The notes beneath the pieces were generated by a model that did no database searches, was not told the origin of the DNA, and was given only the letters and a program-made list of their open reading frames with translations. This document shows, one piece after another, positions 9,787-20,485 of a DNA stretch of 59,480 nt; the stretch's first letter is position 1, and every line of letters starts with the position of its first letter. The stretch lies in sequence record SRR2962707_3147; one strand, 5' to 3'. Made by a program: the position numbers and the translations under genes.

Positions 9787-10596
9787 TCAGTTCCCCGGTT
9801 CGGGTGACTTGAGCCATCGTTTATGTGCGGCCTGTACGCCGTCTTTGCGGATCGGGCCGATCGGGTCGCTGACAATGAAAAAGTTGTAACGGGGAATATC
9901 GGTCGGCTCTCTGGAAAGCGATATGGTATTGCCGTTGCCGTTGATCTCGAACACCTGCAACTGGCGCAGATTCTCGATGATTGCAGGCTCCTCGCCCCAT
10001 CCGATCGCCTGGAAAATATCGCGCGCAGCGCCGATCGCCTGTTCGAGCACCGGACCTGCCAATTCTCCATCGAGGAAATTGATCTTGAGCCGCACCGACG
10101 AAACATTGTCGCTGCCCATGCCGCGGGCCGAGACAAACAGCGAGCCGGCGGGTGAGTCCGTATCACCCGCACCAGCAACAATCTTCTCCGCGCCGCAGCT
10201 CCAGGTCCGCTGACCCAGATCCGCGACCTGCCATTGCTGGCTCACCCAGCCATTCTTTTGCAAGGCGCTGCAAATGTCTTCGCGGCGTCGGGTGATGGTG
10301 AGGCGAAATCCGTCCTGTGGCGCAACCACCGGCGGATCGAGCATCCGTTCAGGAATATGGATTACCGGGGTGGGCGGTTTGGCAGCAGGTTCGACCGGTG
10401 GCACGTATGCTTCGCGCGGCAAAGGCTTGGCGACAGGGGCAATGCCAAGACGGCTCAGAAGACGCTGCAGATTGCGGGAGTCGTTGGCAAGCAGGACGAC
10501 ACTGGCCAGGCCGCCAATCATGACAAACATACCCATCAGGAACCAGATTCGGCTCCTTTGCGGTTTGATCGTCATTTTCGCGTTGCCATTCATCAC
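9787..10596 (-). CDS. Membrane-anchored hypothetical protein (possibly DUF6030-like)
   Basis: N-terminal TM helix, Pro-rich linker and a globular C-terminal domain with two Cys. The family call is from memory only. Confidence 0.65.
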   Translation of the reverse strand: MMNGNAKMTIKPQRSRIWFLMGMFVMIGGLASVVLLANDSRNLQRLLSRLGIAPVAKPLPREAYVPPVEPAAKPPTPVIHIPERMLDPPVVAPQDGFRLTITRRREDICSALQKNGWVSQQWQVADLGQRTWSCGAEKIVAGAGDTDSPAGSLFVSARGMGSDNVSSVRLKINFLDGELAGPVLEQAIGAARDIFQAIGWGEEPAIIENLRQLQVFEINGNGNTISLSREPTDIPRYNFFIVSDPIGPIRKDGVQAAHKRWLKSPEPGN

Positions 10597-10754
10597 TCAC
10601 TTTCAGAACTGCCGGCAATGTAACATTTGCTGGACCAAACCCTTCGAACCCGGCGAAGTCTCACCGTGATCAAAGCGAATGCCTGCCGAACAGGCTAATT
10701 AAAGCATCGTTCGATTAATAGGATGCGAACCGGGGAGACATGCAGTGGTTGCGG

Positions 10755-11306
10755 CTACCGCGTCTCGGCAAAGCCGCGCTCGATCATGTCGGTCGCGACA
10801 TCGAGGCCTTCTTTTCCGCATTTGACGTAAGTCCATGCGTCTGTCTCTTCGGTGGGAACACAGAAGACGTCCCTCGACGTGAGAAGCTCTTCAAACGTAT
10901 TGCGGGCCATGATGCCGCAGCCCCATCGCTTGCCCTGCTTGTCGAGACAGATCTTCGAATTGGCCACCGGTTCGGCGCCGGACAGTTTGTAGCTCTTGGT
11001 CTTGTAGATGAAACTCACACTGTCGCGAACGCGAAAGAATCCGCGGACACGGAAAGACCCCGTTGGCCGGGCATTGGGCAAGATTGTTGGCTGCTTGGGC
11101 GGCAGTCTCTCATAATTCTGTTGGCTTGGGTCAATGCGGCGGACCTCGTTTGACCACAGCGGCTCCTCCGCACTGGCCACCGACACAGCGACCAAAACGG
11201 CAGCGAACAGCGCCATCACCAGGCCTAAGACTGCTCCGGGCACCCGCGAAAAGCCGTTGCTGTTGGCCCAAGCGGCTGTTCCGAGCCTCAGGCAGGGTCG
11301 GCTCAC
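10755..11306 (-). CDS. Secreted thermonuclease (SNase)-fold protein, catalytic motifs apparently degenerate
   Basis: Pattern C..GKRWGCG..A...L...VFC...C....DVA..MIERGFA is typical of rhizobial SNase-like/ExoI-like proteins. Has a signal-like hydrophobic stretch. GTG start overlaps the upstream stop; alternative ATG at 11216. Confidence 0.7.
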   Translation of the reverse strand: MSRPCLRLGTAAWANSNGFSRVPGAVLGLVMALFAAVLVAVSVASAEEPLWSNEVRRIDPSQQNYERLPPKQPTILPNARPTGSFRVRGFFRVRDSVSFIYKTKSYKLSGAEPVANSKICLDKQGKRWGCGIMARNTFEELLTSRDVFCVPTEETDAWTYVKCGKEGLDVATDMIERGFAETR

Positions 11307-12709
11307 GTCTTCACGAAATCCATGACATCCTTGATATCGATGGATGAAATATCGATCCCGAGAGCAACGATGGTCTGCAGTGCCTTGGCCGTCTGGGTTG
11401 CGGCATAGTCGAGCTGCTCTTCGGTGTGATCGTAATTGATGAAGAAGCGCAAGCGCGCCGAGCCCTCAGGCACGGCGGGAAACAGGATCGGCAATACGTT
11501 GATGCCTACATCCATCATCGCCCGCGACAGCATCGCCGCCCTGATCGAATCCCCAACCATGACCGGTACCACCGCAAAACCGGCACAGAAACCGGTTTCA
11601 AGCCCGGCTGCCTTCAATTGCCGGACGAAATATTGCGACCTGTCGCGCAACTGGGCGACACGGCCCGGTTCTTCGACGATCAGATCAACCGATCTGGCGG
11701 CGGCAGCGGCAATCGACGGCGGCAGGCCGACGCTGTAGACAAACCCGCCAGCGTAACCTTTCAGAATATCGATCAATTCGGCTTTGCCGGCGATGTATCC
11801 GCCGCAGCTTGCAGTCGACTTCGACAGGGTCCCCATCCAGATGTCGATGTCGTTCGGATCGACACCGAAATGCTCGGCCGAGCCGCGCCCTGTCTCGCCC
11901 AGTATGCCAACAGAATGGGCCTCATCGACCATCAACCAGAAACCGTGCTTGCGCCTCAGTTCGATCAGTCTGGGCAGATCGGCAAGATCTCCGTCCATCG
12001 AATACAGGCCTTCAACGATGACCAGCACACGCCGATGCCGTGACGACAGCCGCAGCAACATGCGCTCCAGATCAACGAGATCATTGTGCTTGAAGCTCCG
12101 CCGGGTGGCGCCTGAGGCCTGAGCACCGGCAAGAATGCTGTTATGGATGAGCTCGTCATGCAGGATGAGATCGGTGGGGCCCATCAGGCAGGTGATGGTC
12201 GTCAGATTGGTCAGATAGCCGCTGACCATCGCGACGGCGGCTTCCACCCCGTGAAACGCCGCAAGCTTGGCTTCAAGCTGCTGGTGAATGGGACGTTCGC
12301 CTGCCACCAGCCGGCTGGCGGAAGATGAAATCCCGTACTTTCCCATTGCTTCAATCGCAGCCGCGCGAACCCGGTCATCCTGGTTCAGGCTCAGATAATC
12401 ATAGGACGCAAAATTCGTGTAGGTCGTGCCGCTGATCACGGTTGTGGCGCCCGGAGCGCCCTCATGCGCCCGGTAGAACGGATTCTCGATGCCCAAGGCA
12501 ACGCCGGCAGCCTGGTGCGCCTGCATCTGCTTGTATTGCGGCAGGTCTGAAAAAGCCGGAACCGGCCTGAGCGGCGCGGCTTCAGAACCGGCGTCCCTGG
12601 CCTGGCGTGCTGGTGGCTGTGCCTTTCCGGTTTTGGTGTTCATGAAATCAAGTGCTGCGCGCTTGATCCCACCACCAGCCGTTCCGGAGGGCTTGGACTC
12701 GTCTGTCAT
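11303..12709 (-). CDS. rkpG: PLP-dependent alpha-oxoamine synthase (AONS/serine palmitoyltransferase family), RkpG/WcbT-like
   Basis: NFASYDYL, DELIHNS, EGLYSMDGD, DEAHS and GTLSKS (PLP lysine). ATGA overlap with the PKS stop. Confidence 0.88.
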   Translation of the reverse strand: MTDESKPSGTAGGGIKRAALDFMNTKTGKAQPPARQARDAGSEAAPLRPVPAFSDLPQYKQMQAHQAAGVALGIENPFYRAHEGAPGATTVISGTTYTNFASYDYLSLNQDDRVRAAAIEAMGKYGISSSASRLVAGERPIHQQLEAKLAAFHGVEAAVAMVSGYLTNLTTITCLMGPTDLILHDELIHNSILAGAQASGATRRSFKHNDLVDLERMLLRLSSRHRRVLVIVEGLYSMDGDLADLPRLIELRRKHGFWLMVDEAHSVGILGETGRGSAEHFGVDPNDIDIWMGTLSKSTASCGGYIAGKAELIDILKGYAGGFVYSVGLPPSIAAAAARSVDLIVEEPGRVAQLRDRSQYFVRQLKAAGLETGFCAGFAVVPVMVGDSIRAAMLSRAMMDVGINVLPILFPAVPEGSARLRFFINYDHTEEQLDYAATQTAKALQTIVALGIDISSIDIKDVMDFVKT

Positions 12710-15700
12710 GAAGCCGATGCCTTTGCGTCGTTGGCCTTGGTGTGCCGGGTCGCAAGTTCCTCCAGGATTTCCTTTTTGTCTTCTTCGGAATCCTGTTCGC
12801 TTGTCCCGACAATACGCAAATAGAGCTTGTGGCTGACATCGCCAACCGTGGTGGCATCGGTAATATTGTTCAAAGGCAGATTGAAGCCGGTCTTTTGCTG
12901 GAAACCCATGCCAAGTTCCATCGCCATCAGGCTGTCGATACCGATATCGCGGATGACACGATTGCGACGGATCTCGCTGGCCGGGATGTGCAATGTCCGG
13001 GCGATCTCGCTGGCGATGAGTTCGTAGATGTAGGTCTCCGCCTCTTCCGGCGATTTGCCTTCTATGGCCCCGGCCAGGTCGAACTGACCATCACTGAGGT
13101 CTGAGGGGTTGAGCTTGAGAATCCGGGACGGAACGTCGAACAACGGAGATTCGACAATCTTGAGGTTCTGCGCCGCGTTCCAGTGAATGTCGGCAATGTA
13201 GACCGACGCCGCGTCGACGGTCCCCGGGTCAATCGACAGGACTTCGCTCAACCGCTCCAGAACATCACCCGACGTCATCGAGAATTTCTCGAGCCGCTTG
13301 GTCAGGGCAGCCTTGTTTTCCTCGTCCGTGGTCAGGTAGCCCACATCAGAGATGGCCGAGAAACCAACGGTCAGGGCCGGCAGGTTCATCTGACGACGTG
13401 CTCTCGCCAGTCCCTCGAGATAGCCATTGGCCGCCACATAATTGGCCTGACCCGGATTGCCGATCAACGTGGTCATCGATGAGAACATGATGAACTCTTC
13501 AATCGGATCGGTTTGGGTCAGCTTGTGCAGAAGTTCAGCACCGCGGGCCTTGGTATCAATAACGGCCTTGTTGCGCTCATGGGTCAGATTGACCAGCAGC
13601 GCATCATCAAGCTGCATTGCAGCGTGGACAATGCCCACCACCGGCGTTTCCGAGCGAAGCTCCGTGAGCAGACCATCGAGATCGTCTTCCGATGTCACGT
13701 CACAGGCGTGTGTGCTGACGACGACGCCAAGGCCTCTCCAGCGGGCGACCTTGTCCTTGCCGATGTCACTCAATTCGCCGCGCAACGAGACCAGCGCAAG
13801 CCGTTTGCATCCGCGCTCGACGAGCCATTCACTGGTGGCGAGACCAAATCCACGGGTGCCGCCGAAAACCACATAAGCGCCGTTCTTGTTCTCGAGCCGG
13901 ACGCTTGCCGGTTTGCGTGCGACCAGATCCCGACCGGGCTTGGGCGGGACCACAAGGATCTTGCCGATGTGGCCGGAGGCCTGCATCAGCCGGAACGCAT
14001 CGCGGATTTCGTCATAGGCGAATTCGCGATAGGGGATGACGTAGTTGTCACCACTGTCAAACAGCGCAGAAATGCGTTCAAACACATGCGCCGTGATGCC
14101 CGGGCGGAACTTGAGAAGCTGGTCGGCATCAATGCCGAAATAGCTGATGTTCTGGCGGAATGGACGCAGTCCGATCTTGCTGTCGGAATAATAGTCGCGC
14201 TTGCCCAGTTCGAGGAAGCGGCCGAACGGCTTGAGCAGAGAAATGCTGCGTTCCATCGCCTCGCCGAACAGCGAGTTAAGCACCACGTCGACGCCGCGGC
14301 CTTCGGTGGCTTCATGAACGCCGTCGACGAAATCCAGCGATCGCGAGTCATACACGAAGTCGGCGCCCAGGGTGGTCAGCAGATTGCGTTTCTCATCGGT
14401 ACCGGCGGTGGCAATCACCGTGGCGCCAACACCCTTTGCGATCTGTAGCGCCGCCAATCCGACGGCGCCGGCGCCGCCGTGAACCAGAACCGTATCGCCA
14501 GCCTTCAGGCCGCCGAGTTCTATCAGCGCGTAGTAGGTCGTCAGGAAGGCGACAGGCAATGTTGCCCCGGCCACAACCGGAACGGAATTGGGAAGCTTTG
14601 CCACACCCCTGGCATCGGTCACGACATGGGTTGCGAACGCCTGGGGCGCCACGCCAATCACCAGGTCGCCAACCACGTAATTCTCAACGCCGCTGCCAAC
14701 TTCGATCACCCGTCCGGAAAACTCCATGCCGATCGATGGACCGGCAAAGCCGTCTTCGAACGCTTCTTCCGACAGAAGACCCATTGTCCACATAAGATCG
14801 CGGTAATTCAAAGCGGTTGCGGCGACTTCCACGCGCACCTCTCCGGCCTCGAGCGACCTTTGTGTGGCGACCTCCCAGCCCAAAGTGCCGATGGAGGACA
14901 CCGCATCGGCTCTCACCAGTGCGGTTTCGTAAGAGCTGGTCAAAGTAACACCCGGGGTGGCAGGTCCGGGAACGGCGCGAATTTCGCGCAGGCCACCCTG
15001 GTCCGCATCCCAATACCATTCCTGGTTTTCGCTCTCTGACTCACAGATCTGGCTGGCGAGCCTGACTTGCTCGGCGAGCGGAAGGTCAGACCCAAGCAGA
15101 TCAAACGAGTGGATCTCGATTGCCGGATACTCGTTGCGGGCAACCCGCAGGAACTGCCAGAGACCGGCATTGCGTGCCGCAGTCAAATCACCGGACGACG
15201 CGGCCAGCAGCGGCGCGCCGCCTGGCATCAACACTGCCAGCTGCAGCAGTGCGGATTCCGGATCCGGCTCGGTCTGGTTTTCAGTGGCCCTGATGAGGAT
15301 CGACGACAGAATGTCGATATTGGCAAGCAAAGCGGCCGAGCCTTCCTCTTCACCAAAACTCTCGGATACGAATGTCAGCACCACGCCGGGCTGCCATACC
15401 TGGGGGCCGTCTTCAAACAGCACAGCTGTATCGGTCGGGGCAATCCACTGCGGCGCATCGGGCAATGTGGTCCCGGTCTTGGCGGCATCGGCTGTCTGTT
15501 GGCTGGCAATGACGATTGCCGGCTCAGGCTGCGCAAGGCCAGCAGGCACGGAGACTTCGCCACCCCATGCAAGCATTATCACTTCGCCTGCCGGTGTGGC
15601 CATCACGGCCTGATCGCTCTTGGCGACGGCAAGTTGCTCTGCCAGACGCTGCCAGTCCTCGGCGGCCGGCTGGTCACCTATGGGGAACTGCGAGTCGAGG

Positions 15701-18700
15701 GTTCCGGCAAACCAGTCATCGCGCAAGCCGAAGACGAAATCGTCAAAAAAGCTTGTCGTATCGACGCAGGCAAGGAATGCCCCGCTGTTTTCCAGGGTCT
15801 TGACCAGAAACGTACGGCCAGGACCATCGGTTGCAAGAAGCTTAAAGCTGCCGGTCGAAGCGCTCACCACGACATCGGCGGACAAGCCGGTCGATGGCTC
15901 CGCCAGGACGTTGACGTGTGGCGATGTGTCAAAGGCGAGTTCAAGATCGCTGCGCCGCCGCTCATTGGCTTCGGTCACGGTGAATCGCGCACCGAATTCT
16001 TCGGCGATGCCTGCCAATTGCCGGGAAAAGGCCTTGGACACGGACGTCATTTCCACAATGTGGCGAACCGGCCGATGCCCGGCCTTGCTGGCTTCCAGCG
16101 TCTGACGCAGCGCCGACAGAAGGTACTGCTGTCGCGATGGCACTGTGCGGCCGTGGCTGTAAATATGCTCCAGCGTGGTGGCAGACATCTGCTCGGTGAC
16201 GCCTTCGGAATCGGATGTTGCCGTTGCGGAAGAGCCCAAGCTCAGTGCCGAATAGTAGGCGTCGTTCAAAAGGATCGCTTCGACAGATCGCGCGCCATCT
16301 TCCTTGAACAATTCCTTCAGAAGCTCGGCGAATTCCGGAATCGGGCAGTCAGCGGCAAGTTGCCAGCTTTCATCGGTTTCATCCCAGGTCGCCAGATCGA
16401 CGGACACCAACGCGTTAAGGCAACTGACGATGAAACTGTCAACGTTCTTGTCTTCACCAAGATCGGCCATCGACAGGCGTCCGGATGCCGGCATCCATTG
16501 CTTGGTGACATCGTACGCAGCCCGGTAAAGTCCTGCATTGAGAATTTGTGTCGCGTCGCTCTGCCCGGGATTGGCGATAGCTGAAAAGTCGAACGCGGCC
16601 AGATCGGCAGGCACAGTGGGTATGCGGGTTGCGGCATCGTTGCCCTGGATGGGCAGATCGGTGGCAATAGCCTGATAGTGATAGGTCTGTGCCGTCAGCG
16701 TTTTTCGAGCCTTCAAATGGGCGCGACGCAGTCGGCAATCCCTAAGGCGCGCGACGACAACGCCGTTCTCGTCCAGAAGGTTGAGGCTGGCCTTGATGGA
16801 GTACTTGCTGGCTCGCTCGATGGCGATAACGGCGCGGCGGATGACGCTTCGCGGCTGATAGACCTGGATCGCTCCGAAGTGCACCGGGATGTAAGGGGCG
16901 GTTCCATTGTCGGGCGCAAGATGGGCAAAAAGACCGACAAGTCCGTGCAAGGCGGCATCGGTGGAAACCGGATGCAGTTCGTGCGTGACGAAGGGATGGC
17001 CTTCCCCGGTCGGCGCGGCCAGGTCAATCTCCAGATACCGGTCACCGAACCGCTGAACCTGCTGCAGAAGCTGGAAGTCCGGGCCGTAATCCAGCTTGAA
17101 CCGCTTGGCGATCCTGTAGACGTCGTCCGCACTGATTGTTTCGGACGGAGTCCCTGATGGCGCCTTGATGGCAGGCGAAGCCGTGCTTGTCGACCGGCGC
17201 GTGCGGGCGACGACATTGAGCGTCCAGTCCGCTTCGTTCAGCCGCTCTCTCGATTTGACCTCGATGTGACCTGTTTCGGCGGAGACGACAGTTGCCACCT
17301 CAAGGATCTTCGACGTCGACAGCGCAAGCGGCTGGAGAATTTCGAGATTGGTGACCTCGAAAGCGTGCTCGCCGTGGAACCTCCGCGCTGCGGCAATCAC
17401 CATGTCGATAAATGCGCTTGCCGGCAAAATGGCATTGCCGTCGACAACATGCTGGGCCAGATCGGGGTAGAGATGCGCGTCGATATTGTTATGCCAGACG
17501 TAACCGGTCAGATCGACGCGCCAGCCGATCAGTGTGTGCACATCACTGTTGCGGTCGCCGTAAAGGTCAATTGCCTCAATCGTCCGGGAATAGCGGGGAG
17601 CCTTCGATTGAAACGGCAGCGGCGGCAGTTGCGTCCATGCATTGCGCTCACCGATGGCGCGCGATTTGTCGAATGCAGCGCCGGAAGCGGCAGCCTTGCT
17701 GAAGGATCGGAAAACCGGATCATGATCCTCGGATTCCTTGACTTCAAATGTCGAAACCACGGCGCCATTGACCTCTTCGGAGGCAATGAGCTCACGAAGA
17801 TAGGAAGCCAGGATCGGTCGCGGGCCAATCTCGACAAAGACTTCACAGCCCGTGCCAATGGCGGTCCTGGTTGCCGCCGTGAACTGGACGGGTTGCTGGA
17901 TGTTTCTCCACCAGTAGTCGGATCCGAATTCGCTACCGTCCGCGATTTCGCCAGTCACCGACGAAACGCAGGTGATTTCGGTTTTTCGCAAGTCGATTGA
18001 GCCGAAATCCTTGACGAATTGCTCATGGGCCGAGCCGATCATCGGGTGATGGAACGGATAATCGATATCAAGCACGCGCACTGCAGCGCCTTGCTTGCGG
18101 GCGACATCCTTGAATGCCGCTATCTCGTCGTTCGGCCCTGATACGGTGGATGACTTCGGACTGTTGAATGCGGCGCAGACAATATTCTCAAGTCCTGCCG
18201 CGGCTGCCATTTCAACAGCCTCCTCCGCGCCAAGGGCAACGGCCGCCATGCCACCCTTGCCGGCCAAGGCATGCTGATATTTAGAGCGCAGGAACACGAT
18301 CTTGACGGCGTCGACCAGTGAAATCGCACCGGCAAAGTGGGCCGCGGCAATCTCTCCGATCGAATGGCCATAGGTAACCGTCGGCATCAAGCCAATTTCC
18401 GTCAGGCTCTTTGCGAGAGATATCTGGGTCGCAACCAACAGGGGTTGCGCTATGCGGGTGTCGGCCAGCTTGGTTTCGAGTTCGGGATCGGTAAGCAGAT
18501 CCAGCAGCGAAAACTGTGCGATTGTCTTGTAGAGCGCGTCAATCATCTCGAAATGACGCCGGAAGCTCGCGGAATTCTTCAGCGCGTTGACGCCCATGCC
18601 AACCCACTGCGAGCCGTTGCCGGAAAAGACAAACGCAGTCTTGGCCTGGTTTTGAAATGTGCGGCCCACAGCCGCGACTTCAGGCAGCTGATCGTTGAGA

Positions 18701-20205
18701 TAGCTGTCGATTTCCGTATTGACCACGGCCGGGTCACGTCCGTCGATGACAAAACGATGGCGCATGTGATGGCGATTGGCGCCAATGGCGGCAAACAATC
18801 CCGGAAGCTCCGAACTCTCGGTTGCGGCAATCGCTTCCTGATAGGATTCGAGGAGTTCCCTGAGGCTGTCTTCGCTTTGCGCGCTGACGAAAAGGACCTT
18901 GCTTTCCGGCTCCGGGCGTTTTGGCGCTACCCGGTCGGGATCGCATATGACGATATGCGCATTTGTGCCGCCAAAGCCAAAGGAGTTGATCCCCGCATAC
19001 CGGGTGTGTTTCGAAGACAGCAGGTCGAGCCCCATCGAGGCGACGCTGACATTGAGCCCCCGAAAATCGATATCTTCATTGGTTTGTTCGGCATTCAGCG
19101 TCGGCGGGAAAAAGTCGTTTTCCAGAGACAGCATTGCCTTCATCAGACCAACCAGTCCGGATGCAGGTTCGGTATGTCCGATATTCGACTTGACCGAGCC
19201 GATCGGAATCGGCGCATTTCGGCGCTGACCAATCTCGGTGCCGATGGCCCAGACTTCTGCAGGGTCTCCGACCTTTGTGCCGGTGCCGTGGCCTTCCACG
19301 AAAGCAAGGCGAGACAAATCAATGCCCTCGCCCTGGTAGATGGAACGCAAAAGAGCGGCCTGCGATTCCCTTGAGGGCAGCGAAATGCCGTTGGTCCGGC
19401 CGGCCGAATTTACGCCCGTTGCAACAATCCGGGCATGGCTGCGGTCGCCCTGCGCGGTGGCGTAATCCGATTTGCGCAGAATAATGGCGACGCCACCTTC
19501 CGAGCGCACATAGCCTTCGCCGTTGTTTCCGTAGGCCCGGCACAGACCTTCGGGCGAAAGCATGCGGGCCTGCGCAAAACCGACGAACGACAACGGGTGG
19601 GCAAGAATACTGATACTGCCCACAATGGCAGTATCAATATCTCCGGCCTCCAGGGCACGAACGGCCAGATCAAGAGCCACCATGCCTGACGAACAAGCGG
19701 TATCGACCGTCATGCTCGGCCCTTTGACTCCCAGCACATGCGAAAGCCTGTTGGAAATGACGGAAAGCGTGTTGCCGGTCATGAAATAGGGACTGGCAGC
19801 GGCCGGGTCGCCGACGACAAGGTTGCCGTATTCGATATTCGAGGCCCCGACATAGACGCCTACCCGCTCGTCCTTGATGTCTTCCGCAGTGAGGTTGGCA
19901 TCCTCCAGGGCCCGCCAGACCAGTTGCAGGATCCATCGCTGCTGCGGGTCAAGACTCTCGGCTTCGCGCGGCGAAATTCCATACACCGCGTGGTCGATGT
20001 CCAGGGTGTTTGGAACAATGCCTGCCTTGAACGTGTAGGTCTTGCCGAGCACCCCCATTTGCGGGTGCCAGTAACGAGCCTTGTCCCAACGCTCATCGGG
20101 AATTTCGGTAATAGTAGACTTTCGTTCGCAGAGCAGTTTGAAGAGTTCCTCAGGGGAATCAGCTCCCGGAACTCGGCATGAACGACCAATAATCTCAATA
20201 CTCAC
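12706..20205 (-). CDS. rkpA: Highly reducing type I polyketide synthase KS-AT-DH-(pseudo-MT)-ER-KR-ACP, RkpA/WcbR-like
   Basis: KS DTACSS, HGTGT and KSNIGH; AT GHSIG and YPFH; DH HVVDGNAILP; ER HGGAGAVG; KR GGTRGFG, LDD and NYVAAN; ACP GIDSL. No thioesterase. 2499 aa, uninterrupted. Confidence 0.95.
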   Translation of the reverse strand: MSIEIIGRSCRVPGADSPEELFKLLCERKSTITEIPDERWDKARYWHPQMGVLGKTYTFKAGIVPNTLDIDHAVYGISPREAESLDPQQRWILQLVWRALEDANLTAEDIKDERVGVYVGASNIEYGNLVVGDPAAASPYFMTGNTLSVISNRLSHVLGVKGPSMTVDTACSSGMVALDLAVRALEAGDIDTAIVGSISILAHPLSFVGFAQARMLSPEGLCRAYGNNGEGYVRSEGGVAIILRKSDYATAQGDRSHARIVATGVNSAGRTNGISLPSRESQAALLRSIYQGEGIDLSRLAFVEGHGTGTKVGDPAEVWAIGTEIGQRRNAPIPIGSVKSNIGHTEPASGLVGLMKAMLSLENDFFPPTLNAEQTNEDIDFRGLNVSVASMGLDLLSSKHTRYAGINSFGFGGTNAHIVICDPDRVAPKRPEPESKVLFVSAQSEDSLRELLESYQEAIAATESSELPGLFAAIGANRHHMRHRFVIDGRDPAVVNTEIDSYLNDQLPEVAAVGRTFQNQAKTAFVFSGNGSQWVGMGVNALKNSASFRRHFEMIDALYKTIAQFSLLDLLTDPELETKLADTRIAQPLLVATQISLAKSLTEIGLMPTVTYGHSIGEIAAAHFAGAISLVDAVKIVFLRSKYQHALAGKGGMAAVALGAEEAVEMAAAAGLENIVCAAFNSPKSSTVSGPNDEIAAFKDVARKQGAAVRVLDIDYPFHHPMIGSAHEQFVKDFGSIDLRKTEITCVSSVTGEIADGSEFGSDYWWRNIQQPVQFTAATRTAIGTGCEVFVEIGPRPILASYLRELIASEEVNGAVVSTFEVKESEDHDPVFRSFSKAAASGAAFDKSRAIGERNAWTQLPPLPFQSKAPRYSRTIEAIDLYGDRNSDVHTLIGWRVDLTGYVWHNNIDAHLYPDLAQHVVDGNAILPASAFIDMVIAAARRFHGEHAFEVTNLEILQPLALSTSKILEVATVVSAETGHIEVKSRERLNEADWTLNVVARTRRSTSTASPAIKAPSGTPSETISADDVYRIAKRFKLDYGPDFQLLQQVQRFGDRYLEIDLAAPTGEGHPFVTHELHPVSTDAALHGLVGLFAHLAPDNGTAPYIPVHFGAIQVYQPRSVIRRAVIAIERASKYSIKASLNLLDENGVVVARLRDCRLRRAHLKARKTLTAQTYHYQAIATDLPIQGNDAATRIPTVPADLAAFDFSAIANPGQSDATQILNAGLYRAAYDVTKQWMPASGRLSMADLGEDKNVDSFIVSCLNALVSVDLATWDETDESWQLAADCPIPEFAELLKELFKEDGARSVEAILLNDAYYSALSLGSSATATSDSEGVTEQMSATTLEHIYSHGRTVPSRQQYLLSALRQTLEASKAGHRPVRHIVEMTSVSKAFSRQLAGIAEEFGARFTVTEANERRRSDLELAFDTSPHVNVLAEPSTGLSADVVVSASTGSFKLLATDGPGRTFLVKTLENSGAFLACVDTTSFFDDFVFGLRDDWFAGTLDSQFPIGDQPAAEDWQRLAEQLAVAKSDQAVMATPAGEVIMLAWGGEVSVPAGLAQPEPAIVIASQQTADAAKTGTTLPDAPQWIAPTDTAVLFEDGPQVWQPGVVLTFVSESFGEEEGSAALLANIDILSSILIRATENQTEPDPESALLQLAVLMPGGAPLLAASSGDLTAARNAGLWQFLRVARNEYPAIEIHSFDLLGSDLPLAEQVRLASQICESESENQEWYWDADQGGLREIRAVPGPATPGVTLTSSYETALVRADAVSSIGTLGWEVATQRSLEAGEVRVEVAATALNYRDLMWTMGLLSEEAFEDGFAGPSIGMEFSGRVIEVGSGVENYVVGDLVIGVAPQAFATHVVTDARGVAKLPNSVPVVAGATLPVAFLTTYYALIELGGLKAGDTVLVHGGAGAVGLAALQIAKGVGATVIATAGTDEKRNLLTTLGADFVYDSRSLDFVDGVHEATEGRGVDVVLNSLFGEAMERSISLLKPFGRFLELGKRDYYSDSKIGLRPFRQNISYFGIDADQLLKFRPGITAHVFERISALFDSGDNYVIPYREFAYDEIRDAFRLMQASGHIGKILVVPPKPGRDLVARKPASVRLENKNGAYVVFGGTRGFGLATSEWLVERGCKRLALVSLRGELSDIGKDKVARWRGLGVVVSTHACDVTSEDDLDGLLTELRSETPVVGIVHAAMQLDDALLVNLTHERNKAVIDTKARGAELLHKLTQTDPIEEFIMFSSMTTLIGNPGQANYVAANGYLEGLARARRQMNLPALTVGFSAISDVGYLTTDEENKAALTKRLEKFSMTSGDVLERLSEVLSIDPGTVDAASVYIADIHWNAAQNLKIVESPLFDVPSRILKLNPSDLSDGQFDLAGAIEGKSPEEAETYIYELIASEIARTLHIPASEIRRNRVIRDIGIDSLMAMELGMGFQQKTGFNLPLNNITDATTVGDVSHKLYLRIVGTSEQDSEEDKKEILEELATRHTKANDAKASAS

Positions 20206-20485
20206 GAGAACCGCTTCCCTATTTTACACTCGAAACAGATCGTCTACCTATCGGCGGCACAGACGCATACTATATCGAGTTACCTTCATTCATGTCCAAC
20301 TCAAGCCTATCAGGCTCTTTCCACGCCCCCAAACCGTGACATTCCTTCATATACTTAAGGAGGCTCGCAACACAAGCAACGACCACGTTATACGGCATCC
20401 CCGATCGAGGAGATCAGCCCGGCTGTCTTTATCATTGCGCCAAGGCAAATGCTTCTGGAGCTCACCGGAAAACCCAACCCGGGCA

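Noticed and set aside
11303-12709. BioF (biotin synthesis) annotation
   Set aside because: Same family, but there are no other bio genes and the gene overlaps an rkpA-type PKS.
15067-16584. 505-aa plus-strand ORF inside the PKS, and similar ones such as 13513-14448, 18337-19374 and 44247-45407
   Set aside because: Antisense shadows expected from GC-rich codon bias.
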